Assembly (NCBI GenBank): GCA_964016885.1
Contig: OZ024753.1
Location: 12,586,001 to 12,650,000, forward strand
Direction of reading: 5' to 3'
DNA length: 64,000 nucleotides
Origin: Eledone cirrhosa
Lineage: Eukaryota
Positions 52,752-64,000 of this stretch are shown here, piece by piece. The notes beneath the pieces are model-generated. The model saw only the letters and a list, made by a program, of their open reading frames with translations, searched no databases and had not been told where the DNA came from. The position numbers and the translations under genes are program-made. Every line of letters starts with the position of its first letter. Position 1 is the stretch's first letter.

Positions 52752-53340
52752 TGCTACTGGTAACATGTATCCCAGTACAACCTGTCTCATGGTCGGGTCG
52801 TTGGCGACTAAACTGGCAACCCCACCAAGGTTTCTTCGTGAGGAGGGTGACTTTGGACATCCTGCAGGACTAAAAACAAAACCTGTCAAAGGGCAAAGGA
52901 GTTCTTAAGAGCCAATGGCCATCCAAAATCACCGGGAGAGATGACCCCTTAGCCTTTGTCAAGGCAGAATTCTAGGAGAAGGAAAACTCTGATATAACAC
53001 CTGCAACTCTGATGGTATCCAATGATGTTGACTTGTTCTTCTTTTTGGTAAATATCATCTTGGTTAAGAGAGTGGGACTGGCTTTGTGCAGTGCCTTTGC
53101 TCATTATAAAATCTTCACGGCACAGGCATTGCTTTGTATCTGGAGATCTCTGTACTTGTCGTCACATGGTACCATGGGCCTAGCACTATGTGTCAATAAT
53201 TGTCACAAGTGTAGTGTTTGTACCAGAGTTTTCAAGTCGCTGGCTGCTCTAAAAAGTCACATTCGTTCAGCGCATCGGTAGGGGTTCTCCTACATGGATA
53301 TAAAGTAGTGGCTGTACTCGAAAACGAGTTGGCAGCCACC
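52750..53340 (+). mobile_element. Non-autonomous bipartite RTE derivative
   Basis: 5' part matches the RTE 5' UTR (28560-28930, -); 3' part encodes [22 protein letters not shown], like the RTE terminal [21 protein letters not shown]; (TA)n on both sides. Confidence 0.72.
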
Positions 53341-53724
53341 ATATATATATCTACAGATGTATATATGTATACACACACATACGTATACATGTATATATAT
53401 ATGTATTTATATACATACATATATATATATATATGTACATATATATATATATATGTGTGTGTATAAATATACCTTTAAGTATATATACATACATATAAAT
53501 CTGTTCCTGAGTCCTGACACAATTATTACTATATATATATATATATATATGTGTGTATGTGTGTGTGTGTGTGTGTGTGTATAAATATACCTTTATGTAT
53601 ATATACATTCATATAAATCTTTTCCTGAGTCCTGTATTTTCGTTGCTGTGGTAATGCGGCTGGACTGCCGATCGCCATATTTGATTTGCTAAGCTGTCTA
53701 AACGTATTGTTATTACTCTGGGGT

Positions 53725-53893
53725 GGATTGGCAGTATCGGTAGAGGGTCGGACGCCATGCTTTAGCGCATAGAGTTACAGGCCCTTGCTATTCTGAGTTC
53801 AAATTCCGCTGAGGTTAACTTTGCCTTTCATCCTTACGGGGTCGATAAAATAAAGTACCAGTAATTGCTGGCCTTGTGCCTAACGTAGAAACA
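53725..53893 (+). mobile_element. Full tRNA-derived SINE with 16-bp TSD
   Basis: TSD gttattactctggggt at 53709-53724 and 53894-53909; A-box and B-box present. Confidence 0.9.
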
Positions 53894-54584
53894 GTTATTA
53901 CTCTGGGGTACTATTGCCATTCGAGTGCTAAAGCTACATACCGAATTTGCTTTCGTTAGCTTGGCCGCAAACTAAAGCTTCGTTAATGCTGTACTAAAAT
54001 GTGTACATATATATGTATGTATATATACATACACACACCCACACATGTATATACATAAATGTATATATAAATATACACATACATACACAGACACACCTAT
54101 ATCTATTTGTATTTGTCAGTGCATATGTGTATATATATTTGAGTGTGTATGTGTAAGTCCGTTTGTGTGTGACTAAATGTTCATCTATGTATTTACTCTG
54201 GGTTTTTAAAACATATAATGCGAGATTGCAATTTTGTGATGAAGACGATATATTTTTATTGGCTATTTATTTCACTTAAAATGGGTGTAATATTTGTTGG
54301 AAGCGTTTGCTCATTTAACGATCTTAGCAATAGGAACCGTTACATGCTAGAAGATACATCATTTATTTGCTCTTTCTTTACAAAAACAATCCATTATTGT
54401 CATTTTAATTACTTCGTTGCTAAGATCTAGTCTCAAACACATCATGTGCTTCGTTACAAGTCATTACACGGTAGGAGTCTTACTGAATGAAAATGAAATA
54501 AGTTTAGAATCCCTGGCATTTTAATACGTTCTCCATTTATCGACAGATATACATGCAGTAATACACGCAGTTGTAGATACACAC

Positions 54585-54885
54585 TCGTTCTCTCTCTCTC
54601 TGACACATACACACTCACCCTCTCTCTCTCACACACACACTTTCTCTCACACACACACACACACTTTCTCTCTCACACACACTCTCTCTCACACACACAC
54701 ACACACTTTCTCTCTCACACACTCACCCTCTCTCTCTCACACACACTCACACACTTTCTCTCTCACACACACTCTCTCCCCCACACACGCTCTCTCTTTC
54801 TCTTACAAACACACACATACTCACTCTCTCTCTCTCAGACACACACTTTCTCTCTCTCTCTCACACATACAGTCCACACACAAAT
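54585..54885. repeat. (CT)/(CA) compound low-complexity tract
   Basis: Direct reading. Confidence 0.9.
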
Positions 54886-56186
54886 GTCTCCCCCAGCAAT
54901 ATTTTCATTATCATTGGCAGGATCTTAATATCCGGAAGTATATTTTCGACAATGTCTATACCTCTGTTTCAGAACTACTCCAGCACATCAGGCGAATGTA
55001 TATGAAATACGAAGTCCCAATTACCTTTCCTTAGTGTAAATACTTCCATTAAATATCAGATTTCAATAGCAAATGTGCAGGGCTTTAATGTTATACTGTT
55101 AATGGTAATTAATTCACATTACTTTATGTTCCTAACGTTAATCATTCAGCGGATAGTTTGAAATTAACGCCATTGGAAAAAAATAATTCTAGCTGAATAT
55201 TCCACCATTCTATTGTAATATGTATTCATAATTTTATGATATTAACGTTTGTATTTCTTCATTGAAACATTAATGAAATACAAGAGCGAACATTTTGTCT
55301 AGGAAAAAGAAAAAAGATTCCTACAAGCTAGCACAATTGTAGGTGTAGTGATAACAGTATTCTCACCGATATAAATATTGAAGTAAAGGTAAGAGTAACG
55401 AATAAAATATTTGCGATGATACAAATTCTTTTCATAACAAGTTGTTGCCTCTTTTGAACTGATCCTTCACATAAAATTCCTTTTTATATTCCAACAAAGA
55501 GTTGTGCAATTTCGAGTTTATTGATTCCCTACGAGATACGAATTTAAAAAAAAAAGAAAATATGTATAATTTCTTTTTGTATATAGAAACCTCTAAATCC
55601 TTTTTATGTGAAAATATTTCAATAGAAGTTTTCTATTATACATTTCATTGGATATTTTATTGTTGTGGCAATATTACTTTCTTTGGGTATAAGAGATACA
55701 AAGAAATGTGGGAAATAATTGTAAAAAATACCTTATTTTAATATCAACAGTTATAAACACAGTAGAGTGGCGTAATTCTTTTAAACAGCTAAGTCAGTTT
55801 CCTACCTCTTATTAATTTCCGGTAAGCTTGTAATAAAGATATTTTAGCAATACAACCGCAAACAAAACTGTAGTGACATGGATTCAGAAAACTTTAATAT
55901 ATTAGTTATAATATTCATTTCGGATTCGACGTTCAGAACTCTCTTAGAAAATTAAATTCCACTTAAACATATATCTTGTAAAAACATTGGAAAATACAGG
56001 CCCAACATTAACAGCTACCAATATGTTCCTACTTTAATGCATTAAGTCGGTCTCTCCCGCCCTCACAGACATTAGACGTACCTGAAAAAGGAGCTGACTT
56101 CAACATGACAAACCATAAATAATTTACATAAAAAGAACACAAACCCATCATACACTGAAACTAAACTCATACACAAACGCTTTAAA

Positions 56187-56249
<63 letters not shown>

Positions 56250-56790
56250 CGGAAGAAATGTGGTAAGGAACCAGGTGGACCATAACGCACCAAAGTACTC
56301 AATACTTAGGGTAGTAGAGTGGGTAATAGGAACGAGTACGACCCCGACGGCTGAGCTCAAGCCGTTTCGACGCCTAATTCTGGACTGAATTAGCCGTCGA
56401 AACGGCTTGAGCTTAGCCGTCGGGGTCCTACTCGTTCCTATATATATATATATATGTGTGTGTGTGGGGGTGGGGGGTGGGGGGTTGCGTGTGGGTTAGA
56501 AATGCACAACCGGTAAAACTTAAAACCAAAACTGAATACTAACCAATACTATTACTAATTCTCACTTATTGCTAATTAAACTATTTTTTTCACTGTGAAC
56601 AATTTGTCAGCATTTTCTTTTCCGTTTACCTATCTATATATATATATAAGGGATAACAAAATATTGTTATAGGTAATCCAGTTAGTGTTCAGCAATTTTT
56701 AGACAATTTAATCAGTGAAACAATTGTTAGACTGTAAATAAAACCCTTTTTAGTACTGTTGACCATGTTATTCTTCACTCTTTCAACATG

Positions 56791-56828
<38 letters not shown>

Positions 56829-56870
56829 AAAATAAATAAGTCAAATATTTAAAATGTGGCTTCGTTTATT

Positions 56871-56925
56871 ACTGCTATATATATTTCTGTGACAGCCATC
56901 TTTGGCTGTGACCTCTTCAGGCAGT
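56871..56925 (-). ncRNA. Type I hammerhead ribozyme (left arm of palindrome 56830-57068)
   Basis: Reverse complement of 56973-57027 with one change at the base of stem II. Confidence 0.78.
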
Positions 56926-56972
56926 CCGAATTTGTGTGGTAGAGACGGGTACACAGTTGTACACCAATTCGG

Positions 56973-57027
56973 ACTGCCTGAAGAGGTCACAGCCAAAGAT
57001 GGCTGTCACCGAAATATATATAGCAGT
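56973..57027 (+). ncRNA. Type I hammerhead ribozyme
   Basis: actgc CTGAAGA ggt.acagcca aaga tggctgt.acc GAAA tatat ATA^ gcagt; stems I and II pair well. Confidence 0.87.
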
Positions 57028-57209
57028 AATAAACGGAGCCAAATTTTAAATATTTGACTTACTTATTTGATTTTACATTACTCCGGAGTAACCAAACCAA
57101 CCTGCGCACCTCGTCGAGTGCTCCATTCTGCATACTAGGCTGTCGGTAAACAACCAACATATACTCAAAATATATATAAATATATAAATATTTGAGATGG
57201 GTTTTTAAT

Positions 57210-57683
57210 TAGATACTGTGAGTAATAATCGAGTGGGTTGATAAAAAAAAACTGTGTTATTCTAATGTTATTACAATGTTAGTATTTTGTTAAATAACAT
57301 CTTTTATCTGATGTTCTGTTTGATTGCAGTTTTAGTATGTTTCTAAGCTGTGTTGTCTTTTATACTTTACCCGCAATCAAGTTCCTAATTTTATTGAAGT
57401 TATAATCCTACTTAATGCTATGTTCAATATGAGATAACATCGTGATCTTTTCCTTACTTTAGATGTAGCAATTATATAAGAGGATCCTTATTTCGGAATT
57501 CGGAACATAGCCTATTGGAAGTTTAGCTTTGTCTATAACGATTTTCAGATGGAAATTGAAATATAGGATTTTAAGAATATTTTAATGCGGTTTAAAGTGT
57601 AATTACGCGATTTACTCCATTTTAAACTTATGTATTTCATCGTTGTACTGTGTTGTTTGCTTTGTTGCTTCCGTTTACATGTG

Positions 57684-57726
<43 letters not shown>

Positions 57727-58054
57727 CAAAGAAAGTGTGGTAAAAATCAGGTGGACCATAACGCACCAGAGTACTCGATACTTAGGGTAGTAGAGTGGGC
57801 TATATATATATAAAACCAAATATTAATATGGTTCATTGATTATTCAATGAATATAGTTTTACAATAGATTAAAAGCACTCTACAGTGAGTTTTCAGGAAT
57901 TGAACTATCAAGACAGTTAAGGTATGTCATACATCAATTCATGTATTTTATCTGACGAGGACGTACTGAAAAAAACAGCACAGTACCTTCGAAATATAGA
58001 TAATAAAACATATATTTTGATTATGTGAATGTCTTCATTTATTATCATTCTGAA

Positions 58055-58097
<43 letters not shown>

Positions 58098-59310
58098 ATG
58101 TTCAAGACCCCGACGGTAGAGCTGAAGCCGTTTCGACGGCTAATTCTGGACCAGAAATAGTCGTCGAAACGGCTTGAGCTCTGCCGTCGGTTATCGAATA
58201 GAATTGACACCCGCTCGGTCGTTTTCATACAAAATGATTTCATTCAGTCTGTATTACTAGTATACAAACGCAACAAACTAGAATTTACACTTATACGTTA
58301 ATCAGTGAGAGGAACGACCTCGTGGGAGTAGGAAATCTTACAATGAATAGTTTTCAAATAAATGTGGTTCCTTGTTCTCTTACAAACCAATTTCTATTCG
58401 TGTGTTGCTGATAGCTTTTATACAATTCTACAGTTAATACCATTGCTGGGATTACTACTTTTTAGTATTATGACAGTTTTATTTACTATCATTGTTATAT
58501 ATTTGGTTACAGAAGCAATTATTACGCGTATTTCTTGGGATTACCTATTATTATTTATGTTATTTTCCCTAACGTAATTAAACCTATTTTTATCTGGTAC
58601 TGAAAACGTGTTTTTCTAACAATAGTTGTACTCAATGCTGCTAGATTTATATTTGATAGTTATGACATTGAATGCTTTGTTTTCGATACATTTCTTTGTG
58701 TTGTATCAAATTTCTGGGGGCTCTAATTATCCACCTTTTAAATTCCAGAGATCTTAATCGTCCTCCTATTTCATGCTACACTTGATATTTCTATTATCAA
58801 AAGTGATGTTATTGTTTTTTTATATAGTTGTGTTTAGAAATGTAATTGTCCGCTTACACTCTGTATACCTGTTGTTGTCAAAGGTGCTGTTATTGTTGTA
58901 CACTTTCAGGTAGGTTTGTAATTAAATACTGTGATTAATAATCGTGTGGGTTGATTAAAAAAAACTGTGTTATTCTAATGTTATTACCATCTTAGTATTT
59001 TGTTAAATAACATCTTTTATCTGATGTTCTGTTTGATTGCAGTTTTATTGTGTTTCTAAGCTGTGTTGTCTTTTATACTTCACTCGCAATCAAGTTCCTA
59101 TCTTTACTGAAGTTATAATCCTACTTAATGCTATGTTCAATATGAGATAACATCGTCATCTTCTCCTTACTTTAGATGTAGCAATTATATAAGAGAATCC
59201 TTATTGCGGTATTCAGAACATAGCCCATGGGAAGTTTAGCAGGTGGAAACTGAGATTTAGGATGTTAAGAATATTTAAAATAGGTTTTAAAGCAGAATAA
59301 CTTGTTTTAC
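57210..59310. repeat. Pair of ~380-bp direct repeats (~57210-57600 and ~58925-59310)
   Basis: atactgtga.taataatcg.gtgggttgat...aactgtgttattctaatgttattac occurs twice, ~1.71 kb apart. Confidence 0.85.
57946..58008 (+). ncRNA. Type I hammerhead ribozyme
   Basis: ttttat CTGACGA gga.gtactg..cagtac.ttc GAAA tatag ATA^ ataaaa; followed ~55 bp later by (TA)n. Confidence 0.8.
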
Positions 59311-59739
59311 TTCCATTGTACTATATCAGGCTTCTACTGATGTAAATTAATTTGTTGACTGATTAGAACGTTTCACTGCAGAAAGCAGCAAAATAAATAT
59401 CGCAATAGAATTTAGAGCAGCAAAGACAAATATTTCTTCTCCCTTAGGTGTCGCTTTCACATGGTCCCTCATTTATGTAATCTTTATTTTCTTTTCTATG
59501 TCTAGTATCTTTTAGTCTCATGCGTCATACAATGCTGTCACATGTGTTGTACAGATCCGGTTATGAGTTGTGTTTTACAGATCCGGTTAGCAGTTGTGTT
59601 TATTGAGAAATCCGAACCACCACCTTACTTCAGAATCAAAATTGGCGAGATTTTTCCTCTGTCGTATAGTGCAATCAAAGGAGCACGTGTCATGTACATG
59701 TCAAAATGGTTTGAGGACAGAAAGATCCGCTTCATCATC

Positions 59740-60220
59740 GTAGAGAGAGAGACAGGCAAAGAAGAGAGAGAGGAGAGAGAGAGGAGAGATAGTGGATAGA
59801 TAGGGGGAGAGATGGGGGGAGAGAGAGTGGAGAGAGAGGGGGAGAGATGGGGGAGATATAGGGGAGGAGAGAGAGAGAGGAGAGAGAGGGAGGAGAGAGA
59901 GGGAGGAGATAGATGGAGGAGAGGGAGGAGAGAGAGGGAGGAGAGAGAGAGGAGAGAGAGGGAGGAGAGAGAGAGGGGGAGGAGAGAGGGAGGAGAGAGG
60001 GAGGAGAGATAGAGGAGAGATAGAGGAGATAGAGAGGAGAGAGAGAGGGGGTAAAGAGGAGAGGGGCGGGGAGAAATAGGTGAGGGAGCGGGGAGAAATA
60101 GGTGAGGGAGCGGGGAGAAAGAGGAGAGGGGGCGGGGAGAAAGAGGAGAGGGGGCGGGGAGAAAGAAGAGAGGGGGCGGGAGAAAGAGGACAGTGAGGAG
60201 GGAGAGAGGAGAAAGAGATA
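59740..60220. repeat. Purine-rich (GA/GGAGA) low-complexity tract
   Basis: Direct reading. Confidence 0.9.
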
Positions 60221-60621
60221 AAGATCTGTGAAAACCGCAGTTGGAAGTGTGGAAAAGATGACTGCACAACACCAATATAAAATAAAGGTTATTTTTCTGT
60301 AATTCTGTCACAACACGTAAAGGGAAAGGAGTAATTTGACTACCTCATACTACTCCTCTCTCTTTACGTTTGCTAACTGTGTCAATAAATGTGTGTATAA
60401 AAGGAAGTCAGGGGATGGTGAAAACCTCGAGCAAAACAGCGACTGGCGCTTACATCCGTGAGTGTGTATATGTGTGTGAGTGTTATTATGTGTGTCACTG
60501 TTTATATGTGTGCGAATGTGTGTATGTGTGTGTGCACGTGTGTGAGAGTGTATATGTGTGTTCTCTCATAATTAGTGGTCTTCCTGGTTTCAAATCCGCA
60601 GACTCTTTCTAGCTCTCTCTG

Positions 60622-60784
60622 AATATATATATAATATATATATATATAATATATATATATATAATATATATAATATATATATAATATATATAATATATAT
60701 ATAATATATATATATATAATATATATATAATATATATATATATAATATATATAATATATATAATATATATATATATATATATAA

Positions 60785-60826
<42 letters not shown>

Positions 60827-61019
60827 TATATATATTATATATATATATATATATAATATATATATATATAATATATATATATAATATATATATATAATAT
60901 ATATATAATATATATATATAATATATATATATATATAATATATATATAATATATATATATATATAATATATATATAATATATATATATATATAATATATA
61001 TATAATATATATATATAAT

Positions 61020-61051
<32 letters not shown>

Positions 61052-61058
61052 ATATATA
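60622..61058. repeat. (TA)n/TAA tract
   Basis: Direct reading. Confidence 0.95.
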
Positions 61059-61098
61059 AGATGTTGATTTAAAACTGCAATATATATATAATATTTAA

Positions 61099-61355
61099 TA
61101 TGTTGATTTAAAACTGCACTATTCACATGTGTTTTTTAACCTTCATGTCATGTCTTCCTATTTTATCTGATGAAAACACAAATATTATTGCATGATGATA
61201 TTTGTTTTTGAAATGCGCATAAAAAAATACATGGAACTCTTTTAACCATCTTTTGATCTTATATATTATGTATACTCCAGTCCTACAAACTGTAGAGTGC
61301 TTCTTATCCGATATCTGCATTGCTTTATTGTACTACAATAAAACTCACTTCCTGC

Positions 61356-61386
<31 letters not shown>

Positions 61387-61785
61387 TATAGTAATAATAA
61401 TAAATTTGAAGACTAAAATCCAAAGAGAGCTCGATAAGGAAAAATATATATCAGATATATAAGAACCGTAGATTCTTTGCTTAAACTTTAATCTGTTATT
61501 TTAATAATATGTAATATATATATATATATGTAGGAGGTGAGTTTTATTGTAGTACAATAAAGCAATGCAGATATCGGATAAGTAGCACTCTACAGTTTGT
61601 AGGACTGGAGTATAAATAATATATAAGATCAAAAGATGGTTAAAAGAGTTCCATGTATTTTTTTATGCGCATTTCAAAAACAAATATCATCATGCAATAA
61701 TATTTGTGTTTTCATCAGATAAAACAGGAAGACATGACATGAAGGTTAAAAAACACTTGTGAATAGTGCAGTTTTAAATCAACAT
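61099..61785. mobile_element. Two ~255-bp inverted pseudo-LTR-like copies with hammerheads (61161-61227 +, 61658-61724 -)
   Basis: ttttat CTGATGA aaacacaaatat..atatttgttttt GAAA tgcgc ATA; arms 61099-61352 and 61530-61785 are near-perfect reverse complements. Confidence 0.8.
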
Positions 61786-62562
61786 ATGAAAAGTAGTTTT
61801 AGATTGATGTGTGATATTGGGAAAAAAATTGAGGGGGGGGGCTGGAAAGGATGAAAAAGAGGAGGAGATGAGAGTAAAAAGTGGAGGGGGAGGTGTATAG
61901 TGAGGAAGGATGAGCTAGGAGAGATGGGTGATAGAGAGAGAGAGAGATAGCTTTTATAACTGAGAAAAATATATTGTTTTACATAGAGAGGTTAAAAACC
62001 GTTGGAAGATAATATATAAATTAAAAGTATTTGAAAATTAACGAAGAGAAAAAATTTAGAATAATGTTAAATTAAGGTTTGTATATTGAAGGGTTTAATA
62101 ATATGTGCGATGAAAAGAAATTGTTAATATGTATTAAGAATAATATTTAAGGGTTTAATAATATGTGCGATGGAAAGAAATTGTTGATATGTATTATTAA
62201 AAAATATAAAAATATAACAATATAACAATAGTAATGTAATTAAGGATATATTGTGAAAAGAAGTAGAAGAGTGGATGAATAAATGTAATATGTATAAGTT
62301 AGATGAGCATGAAAGGGAGAAAAAAAATAATGAATTGAGGTTGAATAATCTAACGTCATTATTACCCACCACAATAAATCCTTATTTTATATCCCCTTGA
62401 AAATCCTTCGTAAACATAAACATTTTTTTGACGTTAGAATTCATACGTCAAGCAACTTGAGGACGATACTGGATGCACTGCGGAAGGACTGGCAAACGCT
62501 ATGAGAGACAGAGATGGATGGAGGAAACGTGTCGTAGAAGGCCGAGCAAGCTCTACCTGAGA

Positions 62563-62618
<56 letters not shown>

Positions 62619-62630
62619 TCTCAGGTTTCG

Positions 62631-62743
62631 CATGCTCTGATGAATAGACTGGTTATAACAAAGTATTGGTGATCGATTGACGCAAAAACAGGCGGGTAGC
62701 GATCTCTAGACCTACCAGTTCAGAGAAACAATTGTCACGGATG
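62631..62743 (+). ncRNA. Degenerate hammerhead-like motif with very long stem II
   Basis: CTGATGA 62637-43, actggt/accagt, GAAAC aatt GTC (palindromic ACAATTGT); stem I poor; then AATAAA and (TA)n. Confidence 0.45.
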
Positions 62744-62791
62744 TGAATAAAGCCCTTATTGTATAGCAAACCATGTCACTCTTCTTTCTTG

Positions 62792-62830
<39 letters not shown>

Positions 62831-62833
<3 letters not shown>

Positions 62834-63006
62834 GATATTAACAAATGGAAACTATATTTATAAAACCATATTTATTTCATTATACATATTTCAAGGATAC
62901 CAAGTTAAATTATGGTATGCCTTCATAATTTAACTTGGTATCCTTGAAATATGTATAATGAAATAAATATCGTTTTATAAATATGGTTTCCATTTGTTAA
63001 TATCGT
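62831..63006. repeat. ~175-bp near-perfect palindrome
   Basis: acgatattaacaaatggaaac...gtttccatttgttaatatcgt. Confidence 0.88.
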
Positions 63007-63118
63007 ATATCTACTCCAAATACTTGTCGAGTGCTTTATATCAGTTATAAAAATATTTGCTTGTTGTATCCCAACAATTTAAATAGAACTATTGCATATA
63101 CATATATATATATAGTTG

Positions 63119-63167
<49 letters not shown>

Positions 63168-63198
63168 ATGTATATATATATATATATATATATATTTG

Positions 63199-63235
<37 letters not shown>

Positions 63236-63270
63236 ATGTATATACGTATGTATATTTGTATGTATATACG

Positions 63271-63302
<32 letters not shown>

Positions 63303-63304
63303 CG

Positions 63305-63347
<43 letters not shown>

Positions 63348-63348
63348 G

Positions 63349-63380
<32 letters not shown>

Positions 63381-63382
63381 CG

Positions 63383-63427
<45 letters not shown>

Positions 63428-63828
63428 AATAAATATATATACCCGATATATTGAATATCTTATCTGGTGTATCTGTTTATTTGTCGCATTTCCCCCACCG
63501 CCTTCCTGCTTGAATTTATAAAATCACGGCAAAATTTTAATAAGACTCTCCTCGAAAGTATAAATAAAGAGTAAATTATTCAACAGTAGACAGTCCGGCG
63601 ATAATTGAGTAACATATTGCCTACTTTCATACATACAGTATGTTCATGGTGTTTTATAATTAGATAATAGTTACACAGTCACTGCTGTCGTCATCATCAG
63701 AATCATTAGATGTACTAGCAGAAAAACCATCCCTCGAGTAGTCTTCTGTTAGCATGTGTAGTGTGTATATTGGATATTATACGCAAGTATATATACATGT
63801 AGATATGATACGTCAAATAAAAAAAAAT

Positions 63829-64000
63829 GATGGTGGTGGTGGTGGAAGTGGTGTTGCTGGTGGTGGTAGTGGTGGTGTTGGTGGTAGTGTTGGTGGTGTT
63901 GGTGTTGGTGTTGTTGGTGTTGGTGGTGTTGGTGGTGGTGGTGTTGGTGTTGGTGGTGGTGTTGGTGGTGGTGTTGGTGGTGTTGGAGATGTTGGAGCTG
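63829..64000. repeat. (GGT/GTT)n trinucleotide repeat
   Basis: Direct reading. Confidence 0.92.

Noticed and set aside
59620-59745. Possible host exon on the - strand ending at GTAAGG
   Set aside because: No recognisable protein similarity, no clear acceptor site and no partner exons

Overview
Repeat-dominated, AT-rich animal genomic DNA with no recognisable host gene. The SINE families and abundant (TA)n/(CTAT)n tracts suggest an octopod cephalopod (inference). Contents: a near-intact Tx1/L1-clade LINE plus three truncated copies associated with (CTAT)n; a degenerate full-length RTE LINE and bipartite RTE derivatives; two Penelope-like (Naiad-type) retroelement remnants; tRNA-derived SINEs; a non-autonomous Helitron end; 40-bp and 71-bp tandem repeats; and many fold-back palindromes. 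The main finding is a 4.76-kb array (10907-15665) of ten almost identical ~472-bp non-coding units, each carrying a minimal type I hammerhead ribozyme. Two units and eight units sit head-to-head inside a (TA)n tract, directly next to a Penelope-like element. This looks like a young non-LTR retrozyme (putative self-cleaving, circularising RNA). By eye the window holds about 28 hammerhead-like motifs in about 9 sequence families, including one with a compensatory U3-A8 core. All structures were read manually and none was computed.
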